Source of the DNA: a virus
Lineage: Duplodnaviria > Caudoviricetes
Length of the DNA: 64,000 nucleotides
Strand: one strand, 5' to 3'
Virus record (IMG/VR): IMGVR_UViG_3300033141_002949
Coordinates: 1,354-65,353 of that record
How positions within the stretch are numbered: position 1 is the stretch's first letter; each line of letters starts with the position of its first letter. A program made the position numbers and the translations under genes. The notes under the pieces were generated by a model. The model was given only the letters and a program-made list of their open reading frames with translations, ran no database searches and was not told the DNA's origin. Positions 1-8,994 of this stretch are shown here, piece after piece.

Positions 1-5
1 CAGGC

Positions 6-308
6 TTGACAGGAACACCACCGATGCTTCTTGAGATCACACTCGTGTTCGGTGGGTTCGTATTCGGCGTGATTGTCACGTCCTGGCTGGCGGTGAGCCG
101 CCTGTGCTCGCAGGAGGAGGAACACCGTGAGTACAAGCCGTTGAACAAGCAGCCGCTTGAGGACTACGGTCCATGCTGCGGGACGTGCGCACACTGGAAC
201 TCGATAAATGGCTGGTGTGAGAAGCGGGGCGCTTACTATCGCGGCGACGCATCGCGCTGCGAGGATTGGCAATCGTTTGACCCTTACAGGAGGAATGACT
301 GTGACTAA
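6..308 (+). CDS. hypothetical protein (N-terminal TM helix, Cys-rich C-terminus); start uncertain
   Basis: Hydrophobic stretch followed by CCGTCAHW...C motif; same orientation as neighbouring genes. Confidence 0.55.
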   Translation: MTGTPPMLLEITLVFGGFVFGVIVTSWLAVSRLCSQEEEHREYKPLNKQPLEDYGPCCGTCAHWNSINGWCEKRGAYYRGDASRCEDWQSFDPYRRNDCD

Positions 309-422
309 CCGACCTGTTCTTCTATTGCCCCCGGACTCTGCGGTCTACCACCTCGCCGTAGATGAAGTGGCGACAGTGGAGGTCAGTACTGCACTGGTCT
401 CCCAAGGGGGGAGGCGTATACG

Positions 423-716
423 ATGATCTCGGCATACCTAGAGAGGTTGACGCACAGCCTGCGGTCCAGGGGCGCTCGGCTGTCATACTTCCCGCCAGAC
501 AAGAAACTTAGGCGTGAGCGCAACTTGAAGTTGGGGCGTGAGCTGGGATACGGTCTGGCTATCTGGCCAGATGAGGATATCGACTTTCACCTTGGCGCGC
601 TATACGGGAAGTTCATCGTGATACCGTCACTAGACCGGACCGGTGTCGTTATCAGCGCAAAGGAATGGGTAGCAGCAGTCAAGGAGGGGATTGCATGGGG
701 ACGAAGGAGTTACTGA
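423..716 (+). CDS. hypothetical protein
   Basis: GGAGG RBS upstream of ATG; 97 aa ORF. Confidence 0.6.
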   Translation: MISAYLERLTHSLRSRGARLSYFPPDKKLRRERNLKLGRELGYGLAIWPDEDIDFHLGALYGKFIVIPSLDRTGVVISAKEWVAAVKEGIAWGRRSY

Positions 717-747
717 CATACTCTCCCCACTGAAGTGGGGAGCATCC
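713..747 (-). mobile_element. orphan IS605-type right-end remnant
   Basis: Minus strand GGATGCTCCCCAC-TTCA-GTGGGGAG-AGTATGTCAG resembles typical IS605/TnpB right ends (GC hairpin followed by ..ATGTCA[A/G]); no partner end found. Confidence 0.45.
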
Positions 748-779
748 GACGCTGAGATTCAGTGAAAGGAGATGGCGCG

Positions 780-1007
780 ATGACTAACGCTTGCTGCGAC
801 GTTCTGAAAAGGTATGCCGAGGAGTACCCGGCCACGTTTGAGATGTCGGAGAACATCTTCGATGTAGCAACCGGAGAGCTGTACCCGCCCGCCTGGATAC
901 TTCGCATGTACAAGTACACCAAGAGGCGTCGCGTGGCATTTGTAGGGCGCAGCTGGGCGTACATGACGTACTGCCCGTTCTGTGGGCGGAAATTGCGAGA
1001 CGAGTAG
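780..1007 (+). CDS. small Zn-ribbon-like hypothetical protein
   Basis: AAGGAG RBS; N-terminal CC and C-terminal YCPFCGRKL. Confidence 0.65.
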   Translation: MTNACCDVLKRYAEEYPATFEMSENIFDVATGELYPPAWILRMYKYTKRRRVAFVGRSWAYMTYCPFCGRKLRDE

Positions 1008-1018
1008 AGGCGAGTGAC

Positions 1019-1255
1019 ATGTCTGACCTGTTCCAATCTTTATTTGTGCTGGGGGTTATGGCCCTGGTTGTGGTGGGTGCGTTTCTGCTGTGTCGTGAGG
1101 TTCTGTGCTGGTACTGGAAGATCAACGAAATGTTGACTTTGCTACGCCGCATCGCTGACCATCGGGATGACGGGCGGTGCAGATGCTCCCTAGGCGAGTC
1201 GGCGGAGTGTGAGCGCAGAGACGAAGTGAGGTCAAAGTTTGTGAATGAGGAATGA
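1019..1255 (+). CDS. small membrane protein
   Basis: TM segment followed by CWYWKINE motif; GAGG RBS. Confidence 0.6.
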   Translation: MSDLFQSLFVLGVMALVVVGAFLLCREVLCWYWKINEMLTLLRRIADHRDDGRCRCSLGESAECERRDEVRSKFVNEE

Positions 1256-1264
1256 GGAGGGAAC

Positions 1265-1573
1265 ATGATCTTGCCGAGACTAGGCAGATGGACGCGACAT
1301 GTTGGATCCCGTTTGATTTGGGAGCGCCTGTATCTAGACGGGTACCGCTGGACGCCGTTTTGTTGGGTGCGAAGGCGGCACCCGAAGATCTCCATTTGGG
1401 AGAAGGCGCGTCGATATGATGAGCTCATCGAATGCCTCGATGACCACGGCCTTGCGATGCTCTATCGCAAGGGGGACGAGCTAAAGAGAACAGACGGAGA
1501 GGGCTGGACTGCTGGTTATCTCTTACAGAAGTTGTGCCGATATGCGGGCTTTGTGCCCGAGCCAAAGGAGTAA
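1265..1573 (+). CDS. hypothetical protein
   Basis: AGGAGG RBS upstream of ATG. Confidence 0.65.
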   Translation: MILPRLGRWTRHVGSRLIWERLYLDGYRWTPFCWVRRRHPKISIWEKARRYDELIECLDDHGLAMLYRKGDELKRTDGEGWTAGYLLQKLCRYAGFVPEPKE

Positions 1574-1593
1574 ACGGCTGGACCCTAAGCGCG

Positions 1594-1637
1594 TGGCGGT
1601 GCAGGGGATGGACGCCGGCTCGCTACCGGCACCGCCA
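1594..1637 (+). ncRNA. miniature tRNA-like stem (acceptor-like plus T-arm-like), putative
   Basis: TGGCGGTGC...GCCGG-CTCGCTA-CCGGC-ACCGCCA; shares both ends with the 1870-1948 element. Confidence 0.3.
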
Positions 1638-1673
1638 TTGGCCGGAGGCGTGAAGCGAAGAGAGGAGAGAGTG

Positions 1674-1865
1674 ATGCCTGAGTCATGTTGCGCTTTAGGA
1701 TGCACCCGACCTGCCGACTGGGCGATGTACGACGACGATCCGCTTTGTGAGACGTATGCGTGCGGGTCGCACGTGGTGGAACTGTTGCAGGCAGGGACAG
1801 TGAACCACGTTTGGTGGTGCGGAGAAGAGGAGGTTGCTCCGCGTAGTGACAGGGCGGAGCAGTAA
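1674..1865 (+). CDS. small Cys/His-rich hypothetical protein
   Basis: GAGGAG RBS; CC...C...CGSH. Confidence 0.55.
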   Translation: MPESCCALGCTRPADWAMYDDDPLCETYACGSHVVELLQAGTVNHVWWCGEEEVAPRSDRAEQ

Positions 1866-1869
1866 CCAC

Positions 1870-2080
1870 TGGCGGTGCAAAGGGAGAGGCCATCCTCGTG
1901 ACGGCGAGGACAATGTGCCCAGGCCGGTGCAACTCCGGCCCACCGCCACATAGCCGGCGGCTTACACATGACGAAAGGAGGAACTCCCTGACCACCGCCG
2001 GCAGTATGGCCGAGGCGTGAAGCGAACACAGGAGAGCCGAGTGGTGGAACCGTACCCCTTATGCACACGCCTCGGCCATG
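1870..2080 (+). ncRNA. putative structured RNA cluster including a tRNA-like element (1870-1948)
   Basis: GGCGGTG/CACCGCC-A stem, GGCCGG-TGCAACT-CCGGCC arm, TCCTCG/CGAGGA arm; further closing stems GCCGGCGG/CCGCCGGC and ATGGCCGAGGCGTG/CACGCCTCGGCCAT. Confidence 0.4.
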
Positions 2081-2118
2081 CATAGAGTCGCTCTGTACAG
2101 AAAGGTGCTGTGGGGAGG

Positions 2119-2670
2119 ATGCGTATGACCAAGATACCGGTGCCAGCAGATGAAGACTACGAAGATGCTGTACTCGCCGTCTACCATGCGGACCCACTTG
2201 TGTCCGTCGACGATCTTGCTAAGCGATATGACATCTCGCGCGCACAGGTCCTCAGCATTCTGGAGGATAACGGCGAGATGTGCCGGCGTTGCGGGCTCCT
2301 GTGGCGGCGCTGTATACTGTACCCGGACACGCCGCGCGAACATCGCATGGAATACGATGCCGAGACAAGGCTGTGCGAGTTGTGCATCGAAGAGGTCGGG
2401 CAACAGCTGCCGATGGCCGGGCGACCGGGTGTGGAGGAGCTGGGGCCTAGGGCCGTGGTCGTCTATGGCGCAGTCAGGCGGTGCCCGCAGGTGGACGGTG
2501 GGAAGTATCGCGTGAATGTTGACGCCATGGCCAGGAGGGTAGATATGGCGCGTTCGACGATCCGCCGTTGGCTGAAGAGGCTCTGTGAGGAGGGCTATCT
2601 GCGCGATCTTACGCCGGACGCATCGAATCAGCCACACGTCTATGCGATCCGTGAGCGAAAGGAGGACTGA
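2119..2670 (+). CDS. HTH DNA-binding protein (two HTH-like segments, central Cys motifs)
   Basis: SVDDLAKRYDISRAQV and AMARRVDMARSTIRRWLKRL; CxxC pairs. Confidence 0.65.
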   Translation: MRMTKIPVPADEDYEDAVLAVYHADPLVSVDDLAKRYDISRAQVLSILEDNGEMCRRCGLLWRRCILYPDTPREHRMEYDAETRLCELCIEEVGQQLPMAGRPGVEELGPRAVVVYGAVRRCPQVDGGKYRVNVDAMARRVDMARSTIRRWLKRLCEEGYLRDLTPDASNQPHVYAIRERKED

Positions 2671-3137
2671 TGTTGTCGAAATTGGTTATCGCTTTCGTGG
2701 GCTGCTGGAACCGCCTCACGTCGATGCCTACACAACGAGTTTGCGGCAGCGTAGCGGCAGCTAGTCCTGCGGCGACGCTGTGTGGTCCTACACCGGAGGA
2801 ACTAAAAGCCCGTTGGGAGGAGATGCGAGCAAACTGGCAAGACCTGACTCATGCACAACGTTCCGCGCGGCAGGATGCCTACCAAAAGCAAGTCACGGGA
2901 AGTTACGTGCGTTGGACGGGTGACATCGTCGATGTGTATGCCGATGGCACTGTGTGGGTTAGCACTCGTGCTGGCAACGGAATCATCGACGTGGTGTTTC
3001 GCATTCCGGTGGAGCAAGCGGGCCAGTATGACAAGGGGCAACCAGTGACTTTCGAAGGCACGATCCGCCGAGTGGAAAAGGACGTTCTTTTCTCTGTTCT
3101 AGAGGTGCACTTAGAAGACGCGAGAGTGTTGCCGTGA
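2670..3137 (+). CDS. OB-fold-like protein
   Basis: VRWTGDIVDV...KGQPVTFEGTI pattern typical of tRNA_anti-like OB folds. Confidence 0.55.
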   Translation: MLSKLVIAFVGCWNRLTSMPTQRVCGSVAAASPAATLCGPTPEELKARWEEMRANWQDLTHAQRSARQDAYQKQVTGSYVRWTGDIVDVYADGTVWVSTRAGNGIIDVVFRIPVEQAGQYDKGQPVTFEGTIRRVEKDVLFSVLEVHLEDARVLP

Positions 3138-3177
3138 ACGGGTGTGGGAAGGAAGGCAACACGTGGAGGTTTAGTAA

Positions 3178-5025
3178 ATGACAAACCTGTACAAAAAAGG
3201 TGCCCACTGTGCGGGGTGCCCCCTACGCACAGGGGTTTTGGTGCCAGGCCGTTGGGCGCGGGGGGCACAGGGGGATAAGGCGGATGTAGTGTTAGTAGGC
3301 GAGGGGCCGGGGCGCTTCGAGGTTGCCTTCGGCAAAGCCTTCGTAGGCCCCAGCGGGGAGCTGCTCGACAAAGTTACGCGCGGTCTCAATCTCGGCAACG
3401 TGTACCTGACCAATACAGCCTTATGTCAAGTGGAGGGCGACAAGGACAAAGCCGTAGCCGCCAAACACTGCCGGGAGCGCCTGTTCGCTGAGTTATGTCA
3501 ACTGCAACCCCGCATCATCGTGGCCCTTGGCAACGTGGCTATGATGACGCTGCTATCCTGCCCCTCAGGGATCACCAAGCGGCGCGGTGTGTTGCATGAC
3601 GTAGTGCTGAACGGCAAGCGCGTCCCGGTGATGCCCACGTTCCATCCTGCGGCGGTGCTGCGTAACCCCGGCTGGTACACCGATTTGCGCGCCGACCTGA
3701 GCACTGTAGCTACGCTACTAGAGCAGCCCAAGATCGACGCTACATCGCGCAGGCCCATAGATGTGTCCTACACGGTAACTCACGATGTCGGTGAGGTCTT
3801 TCGTGCCGCCGAGCGTGGCGACTACGCTGTACTAGACCTGGAGACTGAGGGCCTGGACTGGACGCGGCACAAAATCCTGTGCGCCGTGATCGCCACGGCG
3901 CAGGGGGTGTACATCGTCCCGCAGGATGTCGTGTACGGAGAGGAATTCAAGCGGCGACTACGGGAGTCGCGTGTTGCCTGGTCAGGACACAACGCCAAGT
4001 TCGACCGCAACTTCGTTTTGGCCCACCTGGGTGTGCCGCTGAAATTCAAGTTCGACACTATGCTGGCCAGCTACCTGCTGGACGAGCGCGGCGGCATACA
4101 CAGCTTGAAGGACATCGCGCGACGCATGTACGACGCTCCCGATTGGGAAGCCCCGATACAGGATGCCCTGAAGGGCAAAGTCACTCTGCCGGATGGAGGG
4201 AAGCGCAACAAGCACTACGGAGACATCCCACGGGATACGCTCTTCCGCTACGCTGCACAGGATGGGCACTACCAGTACAAGCTGACCTGGGACCTCGCCA
4301 AACAAATCGTGGCACAGGGGAGGTTGCGTTGGGTGTTCGAGAACCTGTTGATGCCCGCGACGGACGCCCTCTCCAACGCGGAGGTGCGCGGCGTGCAAAT
4401 AGACGTGGACTATCTGAGGAAACTACGACCGGAGTATGAGAGGCGCTGTGACGCCCTGACCCGCAAAATGGTCGACATAATCGGGCACGACCTGAATCCC
4501 CGCTCCCCTGTGCAAGTCGCCAAAGTGATCTTCGATGAGTTGGGCGTCCCCCAGCATCACCGCTTTGGGCGCAGCACAAACTGGAACAACGTGCTCATGC
4601 ACCATAGGGACGTGCCCTTCGTGGCGCTGCTCGGCGACTTTCGCAAGGCGGACAAACTCCTCAGCACCTACGTGAAGGGTCTGCTCAAATACGTGGACGC
4701 GCAAGATCCGCCTCGCGTACATACCACGTACAAGATCCACGGGACGGTTACGGGGCGCCTGAGCAGCGAGGCCCCCAACATGCAGAACATCCCACGGGAT
4801 GTCAAGGACATCAAGCGGGCCTTCGTTGCAAGCCCAGAACACCTGTTGATCTACGCGGATTTCAGTCAGATCGAGTTGAGGATGCTCGCCTGGTTCTCCC
4901 GCGACGAGTGGCTGATGCAGGTGTACAGGGATGGACGGGACCTGCATGGGGAGATGGCCGAGGTGTTGTTCGGCGAGGACTACACCCCGGAGCAGCGAAG
5001 CTTTGCGAAACGTCTAAATTTCGGT
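3178..5025 (+). CDS. polA: DNA polymerase family A with N-terminal uracil-DNA glycosylase-like domain, exon 1
   Basis: CAGCPL, GEGPG and TFHPA (family 4 UDG); DLETEGL, HNAKFD, YAAQD (3'-5' exonuclease); TGRLSS..PNMQN, DFSQIELR (motif A); RSFAKRLNFG (first half of motif B). Confidence 0.93.
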
Positions 5026-5254
5026 CAACGTCTGCAAGGCCGAAGAAAAACTCGCTCAATTGCTGGAAACCTAACCCTGCGAAGGTATGGCAATCAGCAG
5101 CCAGGGCATCTAGGGATAGATGCGAATGGTTCAGAGACTCACAGCGCAACTAGACCAGTTGCGGTCTGGGATGCCGCGCAAGCGGCATAACACGGCGAGA
5201 CCAGACACTCTGGTAAGGTATAGTCCACGCCACACCGAAAGGGTGGAGCACGTG
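5026..5254 (+). ncRNA. group I self-splicing intron (229 nt, no ORF)
   Basis: P AATTGCTGGAAA (5058), Q AATCAGCAG (5092), R GGTTCAGAGACTCA (5128), S AAGGTATAGTCC (5215); P1 UUCGGU^C pairs with GGCCGAA with a U-G wobble at the splice site; terminal G5254; splicing restores KRLNFG/IAYG in frame. Confidence 0.95.
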
Positions 5255-5752
5255 ATTGCATATGGTCGTAGTGTTGTAGCTGTGGCTGAGGATGGTATGT
5301 ACGACCTGAGGGCGGAGGACGCGGAGCGCATCGAGCGGGATTTCTTCGGTCGAATGCCGGGCGTGGTGAAATGGAAGGAGCGTGTCTATGACGACCTGTT
5401 AGCACAGGGGTACATCGAGAGTCCTACGGGAAGGCGTAGGCGGTTCCCGTTCATACCGGAGCGGGGGTCCTCACGTGCTGCGATCTTCCGTGAGGCAGTG
5501 AACTTTCTGCCGCAGTCGTCGGCGTCCGACGCGACGCTGCTGTCCTTCATCCATTGCGACAGCGCGGGCTTGCGTCCCATACTGACGGTTCACGACTCCA
5601 TCCTGTGTGACGTGCCAGGGAAGAGCGCCAGCGACGCGGCGGAGACGCAGCGTGAGATCATGGAGCGCACCGCCCGAGACCTGTACGGGGGGAGTGTACC
5701 TTTCATTGTCGAGATTGGCACAGGGAAGAACTGGGCAGACGCGGAGGGATAA
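5255..5752 (+). CDS. polA: DNA polymerase family A, exon 2 (spliced protein 781 aa)
   Basis: IAYG completes motif B; TGRRRR, REAVNFLPQSSASD, TVHDS (motif C). Confidence 0.93.
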   Translation: MAYGRSVVAVAEDGMYDLRAEDAERIERDFFGRMPGVVKWKERVYDDLLAQGYIESPTGRRRRFPFIPERGSSRAAIFREAVNFLPQSSASDATLLSFIHCDSAGLRPILTVHDSILCDVPGKSASDAAETQREIMERTARDLYGGSVPFIVEIGTGKNWADAEG

Positions 5753-6102
5753 TGGACGACTTTCAGGAGCAAGTTGCGAAGTTCAGGGCGCGTGTAGAGC
5801 CTTGGTTTCCCACACCGGACATCAGGGATACATACATCTTTCTCACTACTGAGGTTGCCGAGCTGGGCGATCTGCTGGTGCGCACGATGCCCAACGGCGA
5901 GTACTTGCGTAACAGCGATGATCCCGTGACCAAGGAGCAATTCAAAAACGAGCTCGGCGATACGTTGTTCATGTTGGCGACCTTGGCGACGCAGATGGAT
6001 GTGAGCCTGCCGGAGGCGCTGGCGCACGTGTTGGAGAAGATAGAACGGCGGGTCGCAGATGAGATCGCCCGTAACGCAAGGAGGAAACTTCATGGTGCCT
6101 AA
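5752..6102 (+). CDS. MazG-like NTP pyrophosphohydrolase
   Basis: TEVAELGD and ELGDTLF motifs. Confidence 0.8.
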   Translation: MDDFQEQVAKFRARVEPWFPTPDIRDTYIFLTTEVAELGDLLVRTMPNGEYLRNSDDPVTKEQFKNELGDTLFMLATLATQMDVSLPEALAHVLEKIERRVADEIARNARRKLHGA

Positions 6103-6289
6103 CTGGTTCCGTGACTGTGGATGGGACATCGATCTCCGTGAGGTAGTCGCAGTCCAGACGTACAACACGGGGAGCATCGTCGTACACATGAGGGGAGGAA
6201 CCGCGATCACGCTGATTGCTATCGCTGCAAAAGAGTTCCTTACGAACTGGGACCTTTGGTTGGCTGAGCAGAAGGTGAAACATGGATAG
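6092..6289 (+). CDS. hypothetical protein
   Basis: AGGAGG RBS; fills the gap between coupled genes. Confidence 0.6.
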   Translation: MVPNWFRDCGWDIDLREVVAVQTYNTGSIVVHMRGGTAITLIAIAAKEFLTNWDLWLAEQKVKHG

Positions 6290-6761
6290 ACAGTGGGTGA
6301 CTTACGACGTGGACCCCGACCAGCCGGTCCTTTTGGCCCTGGACCCCGGTGAGACCACAGGATACGCCGTGATGCTGCTGGAGCCGCTATTGGACAGTGA
6401 GCAAATGCCCATCTTGGTGGAACACGGTGTGATCTCCAGGTGGCGGGGTATCAACAAGATTCTCAACGTGTACAATCCTGATGCAGTGGTCGTGGAGAAG
6501 TTTCTCCTCTACCCGTGGAAGGCCAAGGAGCAAGCCTTCAGCGACATGGCCCCCGTGCAGGTTATCGGCGTCGTCGAGTACCTGGCCGAGGAGCGCTCCA
6601 TCCCCGTAGTGCAGCAACCCGCACAGGTGGCAAAAGCTGTAAAGATTTCACAGGAACTTCGTAGCGCGATTCGGAACAGCCACGCCATCGATGCTGTTTG
6701 TCACGGGATAGCCTATCTGCGAACGGTCAAGCGAGCGCAGTCAACCGAGAGAGAACCATGA
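6282..6761 (+). CDS. RuvC-like Holliday junction resolvase
   Basis: LALDPGETTG, VVVE, HAIDA. Confidence 0.8.
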   Translation: MDRQWVTYDVDPDQPVLLALDPGETTGYAVMLLEPLLDSEQMPILVEHGVISRWRGINKILNVYNPDAVVVEKFLLYPWKAKEQAFSDMAPVQVIGVVEYLAEERSIPVVQQPAQVAKAVKISQELRSAIRNSHAIDAVCHGIAYLRTVKRAQSTEREP

Positions 6762-6946
6762 GAAAGATACTTCGCGCCTGTGTGCTTCTAGCCACGCTCT
6801 TCGCGTTGAACACCGTGCGGAGGGCGCTGCTGCTCGTTGTGAGGCTCCTGCTGAGAGCCAATGACGGCCTCCTGCGGGTCATGACCGCCCTGGGGCGCGT
6901 CATAGACCGCGTGATCTGTAACTTGGAGGAGGGCCTTGATGCTTGA
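6758..6946 (+). CDS. small hydrophobic hypothetical protein
   Basis: ATGA overlap with the preceding gene. Confidence 0.45.
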   Translation: MRKILRACVLLATLFALNTVRRALLLVVRLLLRANDGLLRVMTALGRVIDRVICNLEEGLDA

Positions 6947-7031
6947 TTTGTTCTGCGCGGCACTCTTCTCGTTGGTGTACGCCGTGGGCTTTTGGGTCTG
7001 TTGGATGTCCAAAAGAAAGGTCAGGTAGTTC

Positions 7032-8726
7032 GTGCGCTACGTTTCCAAAAGTAGAGGTCTAGACCGCCTCGTTTGTGCGGGGATGGAGGCGCGCCGGGCC
7101 GCACCGTTCGTCGGGTTCATTTCTGGCGTACAGTTCCGCAGGGGCACCTTGAATGCCCCTGCGGAGACCCGAATGTACGAACTGTTGTGCGCCTCGGGCG
7201 CGGAGCCGGACGACGCCGCTATCAGATGGTACGACGCGCAGATGGAACAGGAGAGGGCCTTCGTCGACCTGATCAACCGCGATGATGTCGACCTGAAACA
7301 CCCCAAGGCCCACGAGCTGCGTCCCTACCAACGTGTAGGCGCGGATACCCTGGTCCGCCGTTCCAGAACCCTCCTGTGCGATGACCTGGGATTGGGCAAA
7401 ACCGCTCAGAGTGTCGTGGCTGTCGACATCAGTAGACATAATAAGAACATCCTGGTCGTGTGCCCTGGCAGTGTGAAGCGTCAGTGGCGGGACGAGATCG
7501 TGCGCTGGACGGCATACCCGGAGGTGCCCGTTACAGTCATAGAGGCCGCTACGCGAGAGGAGCAGCAGGCGCAGGCACAGGGGGGTTGGGTGATCGTCAA
7601 CTATGAATGCCTGCGCGTGGACTTTGACTTGGAACAGCGGAGGGCGTTAGGGCGCCCCAGGTGGGTCGTGACGGGCGCGCCGGACTTTTACACGGGGCGT
7701 CTGTGGGATTGGGTCATTCTGGACGAGGCGCACAGGCTAAAGTCTCGCAAGTCACAGATCTTCCGCTGCTTGTGCGAGCTGCGCACACGAAGGCTGGCCG
7801 TTCTTACGGGGACGCCGTTTGGCAACCATCCTGCCGAGTTGTGGACGTTGCTGCACTTGCTGGACCCCAAACGGTATTCGAGTTATTGGCGATTCTTCGA
7901 TATGTACGTGGATTACGAGGAGGACCCCATCTTCGGTGGTCGCCGGATCGTGGGGGAGCGCAATCCTGAGGTACTGCGGAGGGAGTTGGCGCACCAGATG
8001 ATCATGCGTAAGAAGCGCGACGTAGCCTCTCAGTTGCCGCCGAAATACTACCAGACGTTGCAGGTCCCCTTACTGCCCAAACAGGCTGAGTACTACAAGG
8101 AGATGCGCGACGACCTGCGCGTCACGTATGAGAGCGGCGCGGAGCTTGAGGCGAGCAGTGTGATAGCACAGATCGTCCGCCTACGCCAAATCCTGTCGAC
8201 CCCTTACACGCTGGGGCTTCCCGACGTATCGTCGAAGTTGGACGCCGTAGAAGAGATTGTAGATGATACAGAGGAACGGGTTTTGGTCTTTACGCTATTT
8301 CGGGATACGGTGAAGGCCGTGTGCCGTCGCTTGGAGGGGCGTGGGATATCCCACGTACACATCCTGGGTGGGATGTCGTCCGAGGACGTCGGCGCCGCTG
8401 CGCGGGCCTTGAACAATGGGGACGTTCGCGTCCTAGTGGCCACGCTGGGCGCGGGGGGTGTGGGCTTGAACCTGGTCGGGGCGTCCACGGTGGTCTTCGT
8501 GGAGAAACACTGGAACCCCGCCGTACAGGAACAGGCAGAGAACCGTGCTCATCGCATAACCAGCACGCTCCCCGTGCACATTATCGACCTGATGTGTCCG
8601 CGCACGGTGGACGATCTGGTGGACGAGGCGGTCCGTACAAAGTTGGCTATGCAACAGGCCATCTTCTCTCAACCCCTACGGGAGGCTGTCGAGGCCTTAC
8701 TCTCTATGGAACCGGAGGTCGGCTAA
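7032..8726 (+). CDS. SNF2-family helicase; start uncertain
   Basis: LRPYQ, DDLGLGKT, LDEAH, LTGTP, GVGLNL, QAENRAHR. Confidence 0.92.
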   Translation: MRYVSKSRGLDRLVCAGMEARRAAPFVGFISGVQFRRGTLNAPAETRMYELLCASGAEPDDAAIRWYDAQMEQERAFVDLINRDDVDLKHPKAHELRPYQRVGADTLVRRSRTLLCDDLGLGKTAQSVVAVDISRHNKNILVVCPGSVKRQWRDEIVRWTAYPEVPVTVIEAATREEQQAQAQGGWVIVNYECLRVDFDLEQRRALGRPRWVVTGAPDFYTGRLWDWVILDEAHRLKSRKSQIFRCLCELRTRRLAVLTGTPFGNHPAELWTLLHLLDPKRYSSYWRFFDMYVDYEEDPIFGGRRIVGERNPEVLRRELAHQMIMRKKRDVASQLPPKYYQTLQVPLLPKQAEYYKEMRDDLRVTYESGAELEASSVIAQIVRLRQILSTPYTLGLPDVSSKLDAVEEIVDDTEERVLVFTLFRDTVKAVCRRLEGRGISHVHILGGMSSEDVGAAARALNNGDVRVLVATLGAGGVGLNLVGASTVVFVEKHWNPAVQEQAENRAHRITSTLPVHIIDLMCPRTVDDLVDEAVRTKLAMQQAIFSQPLREAVEALLSMEPEVG

Positions 8727-8989
8727 CCCGTCAGGGCGCGCACGACGGCCGTTGTAGCCAGCGTGACCGCTATCGCGGTGATGACGGTAAGGACAACGTG
8801 GCGCACTGGTGCCAACCACGCCTCGCGTTGCGCAATGATCCTGTCCAGCCGTCTGTTCTGTTCTTGCAGCTCGACGGCCAGGTTGCGCACACAAACGAGA
8901 ATCAGACGTTGCAGCCGCTCTTGAGAGATATTGTCGCCTACTAGTGCTGTGTCTACTTCTCGAATGATCTCGTCGGTTTTATCAGACAT
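8723..8989 (-). CDS. holin/spanin-like small membrane protein
   Basis: Coiled coil plus C-terminal TM helix immediately downstream of the endolysin. Confidence 0.5.
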   Translation of the reverse strand: MSDKTDEIIREVDTALVGDNISQERLQRLILVCVRNLAVELQEQNRRLDRIIAQREAWLAPVRHVVLTVITAIAVTLATTAVVRALTG

Positions 8990-8994
8990 CGCAC

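Noticed and set aside
1575-1605. Pistol ribozyme (CCCTAAGCG...GGTGCA)
   Set aside because: The required upstream hairpin with the complementary pseudoknot loop is missing
1870-1948. Canonical tRNA gene
   Set aside because: No proper D-arm or 7-nt anticodon loop and non-standard T-arm geometry; kept only as tRNA-like
3178-5752. Polymerase as a frameshifted pseudogene or intein-split gene
   Set aside because: The interruption has group I intron core motifs and precise removal restores motif B; no intein Cys/His-Asn termini are present
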